Positions 14,594 through 28,477 of a stretch of DNA of 64,000 nt are shown here, in pieces. Every line of letters starts with the position of its first letter. Position 1 is the first letter of the stretch. Position numbers and translations under genes: made by a program. This stretch comes from Eledone cirrhosa (Eukaryota). The stretch is taken from positions 48,608,001 through 48,672,000 of the forward strand of contig OZ024750.1 in the NCBI GenBank assembly GCA_964016885.1, given 5' to 3'. The notes under the pieces are model-generated. The model saw only the letters and a list, made by a program, of their open reading frames with translations, did not search any database and had not been told where the DNA came from.

Positions 14594-15928
14594 CTTCTGC
14601 TAGATAATGTCGTCGAATCTTTATGTTCTTTTTTCATTTTTGAATGCATGTATAAGGAAATGCCATGTACATTCATAATATACATACGCTTCTTAAAAAC
14701 ATTACATGTGACCCCTCAATATTTTACTCTATGCCTGTTTGTGTGGATTTCGCATTAGTGAAATACAATATCGTTGGGCATACACCATTCTAAATTTTCT
14801 TTATGATGCTACGGGTTCAATTAAATTCATTTTGTATTCAATAAAACTGAGAACGGATTATAGATGATCAACTTTTTTCCCATCATAAGTATTTACAGAA
14901 AATATGAGTTGATTTAAAATCCAACAGTGTCATAACCATCCCTCAAAAGTATCAGATCCAGTAGCACTGGATACTCTCAAATAGAATAAACATATTACGG
15001 AAGGATGTATGGTAAATATAGTCAATTGTATAATATTAACGGATTTTATTTCAATAGTCTGAAATATATAAATGTAATAGAAATGGAGCCAAATACGGTC
15101 GGAGAAATATACGGTAGTATAATAAATAAAATTATTTGGTTAGGTCTAAATTTCAACAGTTAGAAATATAAAAATGTCTCAGGCAAATTGATTAATGAAA
15201 ATACAAATCCGTTTGAATAATTTTTATACCGATCACAGGATATCTGAATAACAAACTGCAACACTAAATATTTCGTATCTACCGGTTAATTTGATTAGTA
15301 GCAATAAAAAAAACAGCAAAGTGTTGCTTTATATTCGAATGATATCGACCAGTAAATTTAACACATTTATATAATGTCTACTGGTTTCAATCACTGGATT
15401 GTGACTATGGAAAGGTACTGCAACGATTCAGTCGATGATATCTACCCGTGTATTTGTATTTGCTGGTACTTAATATATTGCTAAATTACGGGGTATTAAC
15501 ACATACAAGGAACCGGACGTACGCACGTACACACACATATAGACACGTACACACACATATATACACTCATACATCCATACATACATACATAATACATACA
15601 TAACACAGTCAACGCGAACAGTCGCATATTTTGGCATGGGAGAATATTTATTAAATTTAAGATGAATACTATCTCCGACAGTAATGCCACAAATACAGTC
15701 ATGTTGAATAACTGGTTATTCTTCTAACTATATCTTCTGAAGACACCTGTTATTCAAATTCGTAGAGATAAATTAATTTTACAAGGATTTGCTACAAACA
15801 GCATGGCTGAACACAACATCAACAACAAAATTAAGGAAGTATCGAACACAAACAACAAGAAAGGTAAACACACTTTATTCAGTTTACATACTTTATTGTG
15901 TCGTATCAGAGGATATAATGGTATTTAA

Positions 15929-18900
15929 CTAATATATTGGTACGCGATGGGGCCCACCCACAACCCCGGCGGACAGAATGGAGAAGGCGTTTCCCCGGAG
16001 GACGGCGAGAGAGACGCGCTGGAAAATCCACTCCAACTCGCGTGGCTCACACCTACGGCTGGCCAGCTCAGCGCCTATGGTGGTGAGTAAGGAGGTAGCC
16101 CTGGGGCCGAGGACACCAGAAGATTCCACTGCCAGGGGAACGATCGCAAACGTGTCGGAGAGTGACCGGTATTTAAGGAGTTTGGCCCCCTCAGCCTGAC
16201 GTGCATCACAACCTGGGTCAGTCGCAGACTACACCAGGTTGCGGCTGCAGAAAGTGGCGGCGCAAGTGGCGTTCCAGACGAGAGGTTTGCCACCGGGGAA
16301 CGGGAAGATGGTCATGCCATCTGGCCTTTTGCCGTCCCCTCGATCCAGCCCCACCGGTTCAAGTTGGGAAGGGAAGCCTGCAGCGTCCAAGCCATGCTTA
16401 ATGACCTCATTGAGGGCAGTATGGCGTGGAATGCGGCCGGCACTGTGGCGACAGGAAAGCGGGTGGAGGCCGAAAGAGTCCACGGTGGAACCGCATCGAC
16501 ATTGGTGCGGCTGGCAGATCCGGAAGCCGAGCCTCAGGGAAACGCTGATTCGCAGGCTATGGTTGTCTAGCTGCCTGCCAATGGAGAAGGAGGGCAGAGC
16601 ATGGAGCCAGGCACAACTGTGTGGTTTGGAGGCCGCACGAAAACAAGCAAGGCGGTGCTGGTCGAGCTGGCGTCTGAGGCCAGGCTGCACTGGATGGCAT
16701 CCCAAGTGCGTTGGGGGGCCTTGACGTCAACAGGGGGAGAAGGAGGAGGGAGTATACTGGGCTATGTCCCAGCCGGTCCCACGTCTCACAGGCGGCCTCA
16801 CGTTCTCTGAACACAGAGAGTTATGTTGTGTTTTGAAGAACCCTGCTAACGAGGACGCGGCAAGAGGTTACAGACGAAAGATACGCCGGCAAAGCTAGTG
16901 AGGTCGGGCCCGGAGCCTAGGCCGCCATACCTGACCGGTATAGTGACCTGTTGCCACCCTATGTCGTCAAACTTGACGTTGGATATCTCCTCGGCTGCTG
17001 CTCGGATAAAACTATCGAGGTCAGCGAGGAGAGATGTCTAGGTGTAGCATGGAGCGCTGCGGAGTGTATAGAGGACTTTCGGCATGGCGAAGCAGTTCCT
17101 CAGTCGGCTTGTGAGAGTCTGGAGCTGTTGAAGCCTGGACCTGATGGTGGAGTGGATGGCCGGCGGGTGGATCGGTGACGCGAGGATGAGGACATCCGCT
17201 TTGGGGGTCACCTGAACCTGGCGCAGAATGGACCGCACGTCCAAGAGGGAGGCTGCAGAGCTCGCAGCATCGAGGCTGACGTTCACCACCTCCGACTTGG
17301 CCGAGTTGACTTGGAGGTCGATTCCTACCGGGGTAGGAATCACCGATTGAAGGTATTGGCAGAGCGCCCGTACGAGCCCGTCCAACGTAGCATCATCCAG
17401 ATACCAAACGTTGAGAGGGGCCCTGATACTCCTGGCGATGTGGTCAATACCAAGGGCGAACAGGAAGGGAACCAAAAGGTCTCCCTGTTGGACCCCAGGA
17501 GCCGAAGGTATGACCATATCAGCAGCTAGGTGCATGCTCGGTGCTCCATATGACAGGTAGGCAAGCGGGTAGGCAGAGGGGGCTCAGCTGAGGCAGGCCT
17601 CGAGCAGATGATCCCGGCGTAAAGAGTTAAAGGCATTCCTCATGTCAAGCTTGACAGTGAGGTGCCTGGAGTCCCTGGTTGCCGGTACCGATGGGCAGTG
17701 CTGAAGAACTGCCTGATTGCATGAGAGGCTGCCTCACAGCCACCGGTCACGCCGAAACCCAGTTGCACCGGACTAAACTCCTCACCCAGTTCTTGTGTGA
17801 CGGACTTGCAGATCACCTTGGCAGCCAGACTCCGGAAGACATTGCCCACAGCAATGGGGCGTATGCCACCCTCTTCTTCCTGAGAGCGGTGAGGCTGGCC
17901 GAAAAAAAATAGGCCTCAGGCGTAAGGGTCGAGGGCACCATGAATGAACCTATTGGTGAGCCCCACAATTGCACTCAGAAGGCGGCGCCCGGCCTCAGTG
18001 GAGAGGGGGGATTTCAATTCCTTGAGGTGGCCTAGTCGGAGACCATCGACACCTCCGCAGCTGCTAGCTGGGAAGGACCTGATGGCGGACATGATATCTG
18101 CATCAGTAGCCACAAGGAACAGGTGGGGGTCGGGTGGGGGTATGGATCTGAGATCAGAGGGTGGCTCATGGTGTTTAAGCCGCAGAGCAGCCAGGATCTC
18201 CTCGGTGGGTTGGAGGACAGTGTCCTCTGAATCAACAACTCTGACTGCGGCCGAGACATCACCCATGATAAGCTTTGCGTTTACCTGCTCACGCAAACGC
18301 TTGGCGCTGGCCTCGGTGGTTGAGGAGGGTGGGGTGTGTTGCGTCCCTGGGCTGTCTTGGAATGGGCGCTCGCCTATATGACGAGACATTGGCCTTGACG
18401 AAGGCTGCTCTTGACCGGCCGCCCTGGTCAGCGCCAGAGCTGGGGAGGCCGAGGGCGTGTGGGGCGAAAGAGAACAGCCGCTCCCAGTCACTGGCTCGAT
18501 TGGAGTCCAGGGCGCTCTCAATCGAGGCAGCGAGGGCATCGGCTACCGGCATCCGTGCCGCTCTCGGGATCCTGAGTGGGATCTTCCGGAGCCACCTGAG
18601 CCGAGCACGATGACCAGCGAGGCTCGGGCGTCATGCAAGCTCGCTGTCCCATCTGCTGGTGTGCCAGACGGCCGTGGCTGGGTAGACGTGGGGAAGAGCC
18701 AGCTCCTGCCCTCCACGCTGCGAGGGCATTGGAAGCTCGACGAGTCAAGCCAACGCAGGTGAGGTGGTGGAAGCAGCCGCACCCCAATCAGTTCCGGCCC
18801 CTCTTCCGTGTGTTACTGGTGCCGCAAGTGCTGCAGGTGTCGATTTGGAGTGGTGGGGGATGGGGCGTGGGGCCGGCGACTGGGGAACTGAGCGGCATTA
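15929..18900 (-). mobile_element. CRE-clade non-LTR retrotransposon (RT plus C-terminal zinc finger and restriction-like endonuclease), frameshifted
   Basis: RPIAVGNVFRSLAAKV, QLGFGVTGGCEA, GVQQGD, WYLDDATL, CRCGSTVDSFGLHPLSC..RH, RPDG, PLAVESSG. Confidence 0.85.
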
Positions 18901-20329
18901 GGGGTGGGTGGCTGGTGTGTGTGGATTGAAGGGAAAGTGCTGGTAAGAGGACAGCATAGCTCACCTATATATATAGAGGTGCCAGAAAACGAGGGGGAAA
19001 AGGGGCTGCATGGAGGGGGAGACACAGGAAGGTAGAATGGCAGTAAATGAATGAATGAATGGATGTACACACAAACAAAAAATGGGAGGGGGGCGGCAAG
19101 GATTTTTTCCCAGTGGAAAGATCCAGAGGTCAGCACGCACACATGCGAGCAACTGAGCACTTTGTCAAAGACGATATTCTCAGTGGAAGCGCTTACAATA
19201 TTTGAATATAACTGAACTGTCATGTCATTTAATTTAAAAAGTGGAGCAAAGTAAAATGAAAATAGTTAATTTGGAGTGTCAATACCTTGTGGGTTTTTTT
19301 TTTTTTTTTTTTTTTTTCCATACAGGATTTACAGTTTTCCAGGATTTATACTCATTTTCTTTTCTATTTTTTTTTGCCTTCAAAAGGATGGAGGCGTTTT
19401 ATCCCCTCATAAAACTGACATTACGTAATGATGTTCGTCATCTATGGCTTATTCATATGTATTATTTCATAACTCTATAGAACTATTAGAATGTTTGTGC
19501 AGTGTTCTGTGTCCAGCCAGGTTTGTACAACAGGTAAGAAAAATGATGATTTGGTGACGGTTTCTTCTGATAGGAGCCTCTTCCACGTCGGAAGATCGAA
19601 GTGTGTGTCTGTTCATTTCGGTGATTGATTTTAATAGCAGGTGTGTTGATTAACAACTGTGCGATAGTTGTACAGTTCGTATAGATGGCCATGTGGAGTA
19701 GAGTATCTCCATCTTTATTCTGACTATTTACATCGGCTCCAGATTACAGCAAGGATTTCACCTCTTCATATTTTTTTCTCCTTCAAATATAATCAATGTG
19801 TTGTGTTGTTAGTTTTTACTAAACAATCAAAGAAATAATATCTTTGTTATCAAATTAGATGTTTCAAAGATGTTATCAGCTTTATTTCACGACATTAATG
19901 TTGGTGTATCTTCTTAATCTTTAGTCATACATTGATATCTTGTCAGAATGAAGTAGTGAGGCTGACTTTATGTCTTTAGCCAGAGATTTGATAGGAAATA
20001 TATATATATTAGGTTGATATGTGGTCTAAAATATATATATTGTCTATAATTGACTGATAGCAGATGTTCTGGTGAAATAGTAGTTTTACTACTACAGATT
20101 GTAATGGAACTCTTAGTAGAAACAATTGTAAAGTAAGAATAGATATGACAGTGTAAGTCGGATGTCGGGGAATTAAAATTGTATATATATATATATATAT
20201 ATATATAATTGTTGCACAAGATATAATTAAATTAAATTCAGTTGTAGCTACAGAAGAAACCGAAATTATAAATCGCATTTCTCTTGGAGTTGCGAACATA
20301 ATGATAATTTATTTAATTGTTATAAAACG

Positions 20330-23300
20330 GCAAAAAAAAAACCCTCCATATGAACAGAATGAAGCTACACTGGGACGAAATGCACCCAGAGCTAAATTAT
20401 TTCAGAGCGAAACAATTACGCCAACAAGCGACGTTTGTTGAACGTTAAAATAAGATAAATATTATTAATTGTAAGTCCCCCACAAAAACCATGGGATAAA
20501 CAACACGTGCTACAGGTCGCCATGCTACTAGACTTCCTAACAGCCAGGTCGAACAGTGCCTTGAAACAACCATGCCTGTAAGAAACCTGACACAACGTGT
20601 GCCATCTATGTGTGCCATCTACGTGTGCCTCGAATGCTGTGGAAAACGCTATCGATAATAATAATAATCGAAGAAATGATAATAATAATCGAAGAAATTT
20701 GACACCACGTATACCATCTGAGTCTACCTCGACTGTTGTGGAAAATATTATCGGTAATGATAATAATCAAACGTATAAGCAATTGAAAATGTCCCTCAAC
20801 GAATTATTCCAGAGAGAAATTGATTCATCTAAAAATATCTCTCTTGCTGAACGTGTTAAAACGACAATATTTAATAAAAAACACAAATAATGAATTATTA
20901 CATGTTATTGACGAAATAGGGGATGACAATTTACGGCGGATAAAAATTCCAACATGTTTGCAAATCAACGCCTGTTTATATGCCTTAGCAACGACCGTGA
21001 AGCATTACCTTGGTGATAGCAGAGATATTAACAAGAACAAAACACCACCAAAAATACCATCTTATATAACTAAAATAGAAAATATTGATTGCTGACCTAC
21101 GAAAAACCATAGGATATGTGTCAATGCTCCTTACATGCAAACAAACACAAAAAACTCACTCCTCACCAACAAAGAGTGAAAAATAAAATAGAGACGATGT
21201 TTAGTAACAGTAGAACTCTTCAATATAAGCTGATCACCCTCACACAAGAAATGAGATCTACTAGCGAAAAACGCCGGTATCAGAAGAATGTACATGAGAA
21301 AAAAGATTCAGACAAAAGCAAACATCAGCCTATAGATATATGAAGAACAATGTAATAAGTGTGACTGAGGGCCCATACCAGAAAGACATAGATTCCTTTT
21401 GGAGCAAAATATGGAGTGAAAAGAAGAATTTCAACCAAGATGCAGTGTGGCTGAAATAAATCCAAAATAACTATTGCTCTTACACTACAACAAAAACATA
21501 CGAAATAAGTACCCTTGAGACTGTGATAGGACAACTCCAAGATAAGAAAACACCAGGAAGAGACATGATTGTCGGCTATAGGTACAAAAAAAATGATATT
21601 CTATCGGAGGTATCTTACTGACATCTACCAACAACTTCTTAAGGGAGATACACTTATACCAGAATGGTTGACATTAGCACAAGCATTAATGGTCCCCAAG
21701 AACAAACACACCCACTTGGCAAAAAAATACCGACCCATTGCATGCCAGAATCTGATGTATACAGCCTACCTGAACTCATTCCTCCAAGATAACTGTGAAA
21801 ATAATAACATCATCACAGATGAACAAGCAGCTTGAAAGAAAGGTGTTTGGGGATGTGCTGAACAAAACTGCGATGTCGGAGGTGCGACAACTTAGGAGGA
21901 ATGTGGCTACAGTCTGGCTAGTCTACAGGAAAGCTTTCGATTCTGTTCCCCACTCTTGGATGATAGAGGCGCGCCATTATTATCAGATCCATAGAGAAGC
22001 TCTCTTCTTTTTGGGCTACTATCCTAAGGTTAAAGACAGAGAGGGACGATTCTATCTTAACTAATAAAATAAAAATATCGCAAAGGTATATTTCAGGGAG
22101 ACAGTCTCTCTGTAATATTATTCATCATGTCATTAAACCCATTGTCCTTTCTGCTCAAGATATGTGAAGGATTCATCATTGGATCACAGGAGGACAGAAA
22201 AACGAACCTAACCCATAATTTCTCTGTGGATGACCTGAAACTCTATGCCAAGGACATGGATGGGTTGACGAAAAATTGTTGACCTGGTTACAACGTTCTC
22301 AAAGGATATAGGAATGGAGTTTGGCCAAGATAAATGCTCATATATGACTGTAAAGCGGGGAAATACAAAAACCCAATCTAGCAACAATGTCATTAATGGC
22401 CTAACTGTTTCACCTATCTCTGATGAAGACTGCTACAGATACCTGAGGATAGATGAGAACATATCCTATAATAGTATCTGAATAATGAACCTGTAACTAT
22501 GGAATACAACACCCGATTAAGAAAGATTTGGTCATCGGAACTCTCTGCGCAAACCAAAACAGTGGCTCACAATGTATTTGTTGTGCCTATTCTAACACCA
22601 ACATTTGCAACAATTGGACGATAGACGAAATCCGAGCAGTTGATGTTGGAAATCAAAAAATACTAAACAACATCGGAAACTTCCACTTCAACAGTGACAT
22701 AGAACGTAAGCAGAGGCCTAACATCAGTCCAGACAGCATTTAAATGTCGGATCATATCCCTCCAACAGCATCTACGAACCTCGAAGCGTAGGAGCCCGTC
22801 TCTCGAGCAGGTCTATCTGCATGAAATAGATAAGATCATGAGAGTTGGGAAGGAACTCCTCGAGAGATATTCCCTGTGTGATAATCTAAAACTTACACCC
22901 AGGGAAGTCGCTCAGCAGTATCGCAGTGAATCCATGGATGAAAAACTGCATGCTTATCAGGAACAAATCATACATGGATATGTTTCCAGGATGCTCCAGA
23001 GAGGGAGTAATATTTGGAGGATACGCTTTTGCAATAAGAGAACAGGAAATTAACACGAAATACCTGATTCACAAAAGAGATAGGGATGCAGGCAAAACAC
23101 CTAAATGTGATAACAAGTGCAGACTCTGCAGAACTAACATCGAAGATATCATCCGTGTCATCAGCAACTGTCCAAAGATGTCATCGCGGTACTATCTACC
23201 TATGAGGCATGATGTAGTGGCCAAAACACTGTACAATGCAATCCGTAAAAAATATAGCCCTGATAATAAACACATTAAAAGCTACAACAATATGGAAGAC

Positions 23301-23710
23301 ATCCATGTACATAATATGAAAGAGTACAGGTGGAATGTTCCAGTAAAAACCCCAATAAAATGCAGGCATAACACAGAAGATATTATGAAATGGGGCAGGG
23401 AGAAGAAAACATGCAGATTAGTGAAAATTAGCTGTCCAGCAGATACCAATATAATATCAAAGATTAGCGAAAATGATAATATTTATGCAGAACTGATGAG
23501 AAATTTGCAGATACACCCCCTGATTAGACTTTCAGATTTATGCCTGTGAATGTTGGGGCACTGGGCTATGTTAGTAACTGCATCAATACAAATCTTGAGA
23601 AGCTAGGCTTCACAAGAACAGAAAGAACACAACTAGTTAGGAAATTACAAGTACACTCCCTTAATGGAACAGTAAAAAAATGTAAAACATTCCCAAAAAA
23701 TTGCATCTGA
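20330..23710 (+). mobile_element. Degenerate R4/Dong-like RLE non-LTR retrotransposon
   Basis: [50 protein letters not shown]; many stops and frameshifts. Confidence 0.8.
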
Positions 23711-24156
23711 TAACTGCATATCCACATGGGCGGATACAAAGCATAAACGCATGCACACATACAACTAAAAACCTACACATCTACACATACAATAACATCC
23801 ATATCTACACCTGCATGCATACATAATCAAACCTAGTTGATGTTGTGTAGATTCCAATGAGAGAGCCTTGTGTCTATGTTAGAAACCGACTCTCTCTCTA
23901 TTGGGAAAACATTTGTGAAATTATAAAACCAGAAGAACATACATACATGCATACATATATATATATGTATATATGTGTGAATGTGTGGTGTGAGTGAGCA
24001 TATATATATATATTTCGTTTCTGAATTTTTTTTAGCAAGATACTTTATCTGAAAACGTGTGTTGAAACCGATATTGTTATGGTTTGGGAGGGTCATGTGG
24101 CCAACATATTGGCATCATATTGGCAACATATTGGCAACATGACCCTCGCAAATCAT

Positions 24157-24221
<65 letters not shown>

Positions 24222-24477
24222 TATAAATATATATATATAGAGAGAGAGAGATTGAAACGTATCTGATTAACCTACCATTTCAGAGTCAGGTTCGATCATC
24301 GTACCGATCGTGCCTCGAGCTGGTCGCCAAGGATACGATTGAAATATGTCTAATAAATTCTAATTCCTCGCACCACTGATTCTCCGTTTCTTATGATATA
24401 CAATTCAGAAGAACCAGTTAAGTGTGAAAGCAGCGATTCTTTACTTAAACTTTAATCACTTATTTTAATAAATAGAT

Positions 24478-24665
24478 ATATCATGTGATAATATTATCGA
24501 ATCAGCGAGCGAGTTTGAAATCGTTATACATGTAAGATATCGCCGTATTTTGACTAAAGAAATTAAAGAAATTATGTAGCCTGAAATAATTTCTCTAATT
24601 TCTTTAGTCAAAATGCGGTGATAGCTTACGAGATATATTAGATATATTTGATATATCTCATATGA
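24478..24665. repeat. Small inverted-repeat (MITE-like) element
   Basis: cgccgtattttgactaaagaaatta at 24541 pairs with taatttctttagtcaaaatgcggtg ending at 24620; weaker outer arms. Confidence 0.6.
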
Positions 24666-24957
24666 AATGATACAGCCAATATACTGGATTTTACCAACCT
24701 TCCAGGGGTCCGGGTAGATTTTCAATACCCGAATTACTTGATCGTTTTTTGGGGGGCTATGCGAATGATTGTTTAACCATCGTCTCAGTGTGTTTGGCCT
24801 TTAACGTTTGTTATAGCTCTGGTTCATCTAAATCACTGAGCACTTGCCGCACATCTCGGAGGTTGTTTTTCGTTATTTCGTGGGCCGAAATGCAAATCTC
24901 GATAATTTATGTTTATATATATAAGGTGTCAAATTTCTCAATGAGTTGTTTTAGTCC

Positions 24958-24988
<31 letters not shown>

Positions 24989-24999
24989 ATCATCATCAT

Positions 25000-25322
25000 C
25001 AATTTTACGTCCCCTTTTTCCCTGCTTACAAGGGTGGGACGGTTACTGCTTCTGGCTTGATTTCTACAGCCGGATGCCCTTCCTAATACCACCCTCATTT
25101 ACAGTGAGTGCTGGGTGCTTTTTGGCCGTGGCACCTCCAGGATCCTTTGCTGTGGAATGATAGGGACCCCAGTCCCTATCATCTCATTTCTACAGCTGAG
25201 TAAACTGGAGCAATGTGAAGTAAAGTGTCTTGCTCAAGGAAACAACACATCTTCCGGTCTGAGAATTGAACTCACAACCTTTCGATTGCCAGGGCAATGC
25301 TCTAACCACTAAGCCATGTGCC
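25000..25322 (-). mobile_element. tRNA-derived SINE-like repeat with (GAT)n tail (second family)
   Basis: The minus strand has a tRNA-like head (tggcttagtggttagagc...gtgagttcaattc), ccttgagcaagacacttta, ttaggaagggcatcc and a (gat)n tail. Confidence 0.6.
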
Positions 25323-26400
25323 ATATATATATATATTGACACACGATGGGGTCTATTCGCCTGTTTTTTCTCTTTTTTAACTCGTTCTTCCTCTCTCCTA
25401 CCACCTTTCCCTCTTTGTTCTTCTTCATATTTTCCTTCTTTTTCCTTCCTTTCTCGCTTCCTCTCCTCCTGGGCTTTTGATTAAGAAAAAGGCCTTGGGC
25501 GCACCGCTGATAGCTTATAGATCGTCCTGTGAATACGTGCCGAAACATATTGAACGCAGACTACAGCTGACGAAGGATATATTTCTTTCTGTTATTCTCT
25601 TTTTTCGTCCATACCACCATCCTAAATTATATATATATATATACACACATATATATTATATATACATATACATAGATATATAATTTGTTTTCGCTCTCAG
25701 GATGGTGGAGACCTAAATGTATTCATGAGTCAATAATTATATTATGATAATATTATAATATTATTATTCAGTTACGAATACATATGTGTATATATATATG
25801 TGTGTGTGTGTGCGCGCGCGCGTGTGTGTGTATGTGTGTGTGTGCGTGCGTATGTGTGTGTTTGTCTTAAAAGATCGGAGGTCTTATTCAGTTGATTGAG
25901 GTGTATTTAAAACTCCATATACATATATATATATATTTCCTTGGGGACTATCAATTAGGTTAGCCTCAGCTCTTCAGACGCCAAAACCTAAAATAAAAAG
26001 AGAGACATCATAAGAAACTTTTCAGGTTGGGAAAAGCTAATAATGTCTACGAAAAACGATGTTGTTTTCTTCGAAGAAACACAACGGCCGGCCCCCTCTA
26101 TTAAGAAAACAAAATCTTTTGTTAGGGAACTTATTTGATTTTTCCAAATTTAAATGTTCCTAGAAACTTTCTATGTTTATTTTTTTGTTTTGTCGCGTGT
26201 AGAGCTCCAGCCATCATCATTGATAGTCTTCAGTGAAATGTGTACAACGGAGTTTTAAATAAACCTGAATCAACTGTATATGGCATTCGGTCATTAATTA
26301 ATATATAATGCTCCGTCCTGTACATTTATATGGTCGCTTCTTTTTATCTTCTTCACAACCGTCAGACTATGCTGTAATCCGCACAGCCCTTTACTGTTAA

Positions 26401-26421
26401 CCTCTCTCACTCTCCCTCTCT

Positions 26422-26510
<89 letters not shown>

Positions 26511-26557
26511 ATATCCCTCTCTCTTTATCTCTCTCTCTCTCTCTCTCTCACTCTCTC

Positions 26558-26602
<45 letters not shown>

Positions 26603-26623
26603 CTCTCTCTCTCTCTGTCCCTC

Positions 26624-26627
<4 letters not shown>
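26401..26627. repeat. (CT)n microsatellite
   Basis: Directly visible. Confidence 0.95.
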
Positions 26628-26659
<32 letters not shown>

Positions 26660-26661
<2 letters not shown>

Positions 26662-27450
26662 TGCACTGCATTCGGGCTTACTATCAACAGTGAAAAGACC
26701 AAGGTTAACAAATGTCATGTACACACCACTTCCTGGGTAACCTTACGCCGAGCCCACCGACTTTGTTCTGGGTCAGAGGTTGACGGTTATTTACACATTT
26801 GTCTACCTTGCTAGTGATCCCTCCAGAGATCTTTCATTAGACTCTAAAATCGAACTAAATATCGATAAAGTTGGCAACGCATTCGGTAGGTTGGGACGAC
26901 GGGTATGTTTGGGTAGAACTGTCACGTTTGGATCTAAGACAAATGTCAACAAATCCTGTGTCCTCACTGCACTCTTGTTCTTCTCTGAGACTTGGACCAC
27001 GCACGGGTGTCATATCAATACATTGGAATATTTCCACCAAAAATCTCCGAGGAGTATTTTGAAAATTAAGTGGCAGTCATTTATATCTGACACCGTTGTG
27101 CTGCAGCTGGCAAATAAATCCAGCTTTGAAACAATGCTCATTCGATGCTTGGGGCAGGGTATATATGGGAGCGGGGTGCCTAATCTAATTTGTTATGGAG
27201 AGTTATCTCTTGGTAAATGCCCAGACAATAACCCAAGAAATGTTGGTAACCTGAAAACTCTTGCTAATAGTGTCGAGAATTGGGGAGACGAGGCAGAAGA
27301 GAGATCTGGCTGACGATGGTTGTGATTATTTTGAACTCAATAGGAGTGAACATTCGGTGCTTATAAAGAACACCCAGGAACAGTGGTTTAGATTCGATCC
27401 CGGATAATATCCGGATGGAGCATGTCTGTATCATCTGGGGAAATGTTTTT
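26660..27450 (+). mobile_element. RTE-clade LINE fragment (C-terminal part of RT ORF)
   Basis: FGLTINSEKTKV, AFGRL, LTALLFFSETWT, LEYFHQK...ILKIKWQ. Confidence 0.8.
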
Positions 27451-27744
27451 CTTCCTCGTGTCGGGCATGATACACTACAGTCTGAGGTCGATTAGGAAAG
27501 GCCTGTGCTAAATTTGTGTCAGTTTTGCAGCACAGCCTGTAGGTTTGCTGTTGGACTCAAGTGACATATGTGAGTGCATAAGCAGGGTCTTACGCCCAGG
27601 ACTGCCCGTGAGCCACGTATGTTTCTCATCCATAAAACAGTAAGTAGGATCGAGGCAAGTCTTATTTGCAGGCTCATGAACATTCAAAACAACGAAGAAA
27701 TGTTGGCTCTCTTCTATAACGGAGTCACTGTTATCATATATATA

Positions 27745-27768
27745 AATAATAATAATAATAATAACAAC

Positions 27769-27830
<62 letters not shown>
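27745..27830. repeat. (AAT)n microsatellite, 5' flank of the Dong-like insertion
   Basis: Directly visible; (AAT)n resumes at 29812-29859. Confidence 0.95.
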
Positions 27831-27831
<1 letters not shown>

Positions 27832-27832
27832 T

Positions 27833-28447
27833 GTGTCTGAGGAAATCTACCATCACCTCCACACAAACAACTTGTTACCGGACGAACAGAAAGGATGCCG
27901 AAAGAAGTCACGTGGTACAAAGGACCAGTTACTTATTGATAAGATGGTAATGGGGAATTGCAGGAGGAGACACACTGATCTTGCCATGGGATGGATAGAC
28001 TACAGAAAGGCATTTGACATGGTGCCTCATTCTTGGATCACCAAAAGCCTGGAGATCTTCAGGGTGGCAGATAACATCAGACAGTTGCTGGGCAGGAGTA
28101 TGGGGTCCTGGGAGACAGAGTTGACATCAACTGGAGTATCCTTGGGAAGCGTGAAGATCAAGAGAGGTATCTTCCAGGGAGATAGCCTGTCCCCTCTGTT
28201 GTTTGTCCTTGCCCTGATGCCCTTGACCATTATGCTGCGAAAAGTGAGAGCAGGATACAAGTTGGGAAGGGGAGAGCTTACCATCAATCACCTCCTCTTC
28301 ATGGACGATCTTAAGCTCTTCGGGAAAAGTGAGAAGGAGTTGGATGTGCTTGTTGACACTGTCCGTATTTTCAGCAGTGATATATGTATGCAGTTTGGTA
28401 TTGGTAAATGTGGAGTCATTGTGATGAGGAGGAGTAGGTTGAGCTGA
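27833..28447 (+). CDS. Reverse transcriptase domain (Dong-like); ends at one in-frame TGA
   Basis: [43 protein letters not shown]. Confidence 0.85.
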   Translation: MSEEIYHHLHTNNLLPDEQKGCRKKSRGTKDQLLIDKMVMGNCRRRHTDLAMGWIDYRKAFDMVPHSWITKSLEIFRVADNIRQLLGRSMGSWETELTSTGVSLGSVKIKRGIFQGDSLSPLLFVLALMPLTIMLRKVRAGYKLGRGELTINHLLFMDDLKLFGKSEKELDVLVDTVRIFSSDICMQFGIGKCGVIVMRRSRLS

Positions 28448-28477
28448 AGTAACGGGATCCAGATACCAACAGGTGAG

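Noticed and set aside
25566-25612. CTGACGA motif (also TCTTCAG at ~25971 and ~26227)
   Set aside because: No complete three-stem junction with GAAA
28445-28447. Programmed readthrough of the in-frame TGA in the Dong ORF
   Set aside because: The paralog has AGA here, so a point mutation is the simplest explanation
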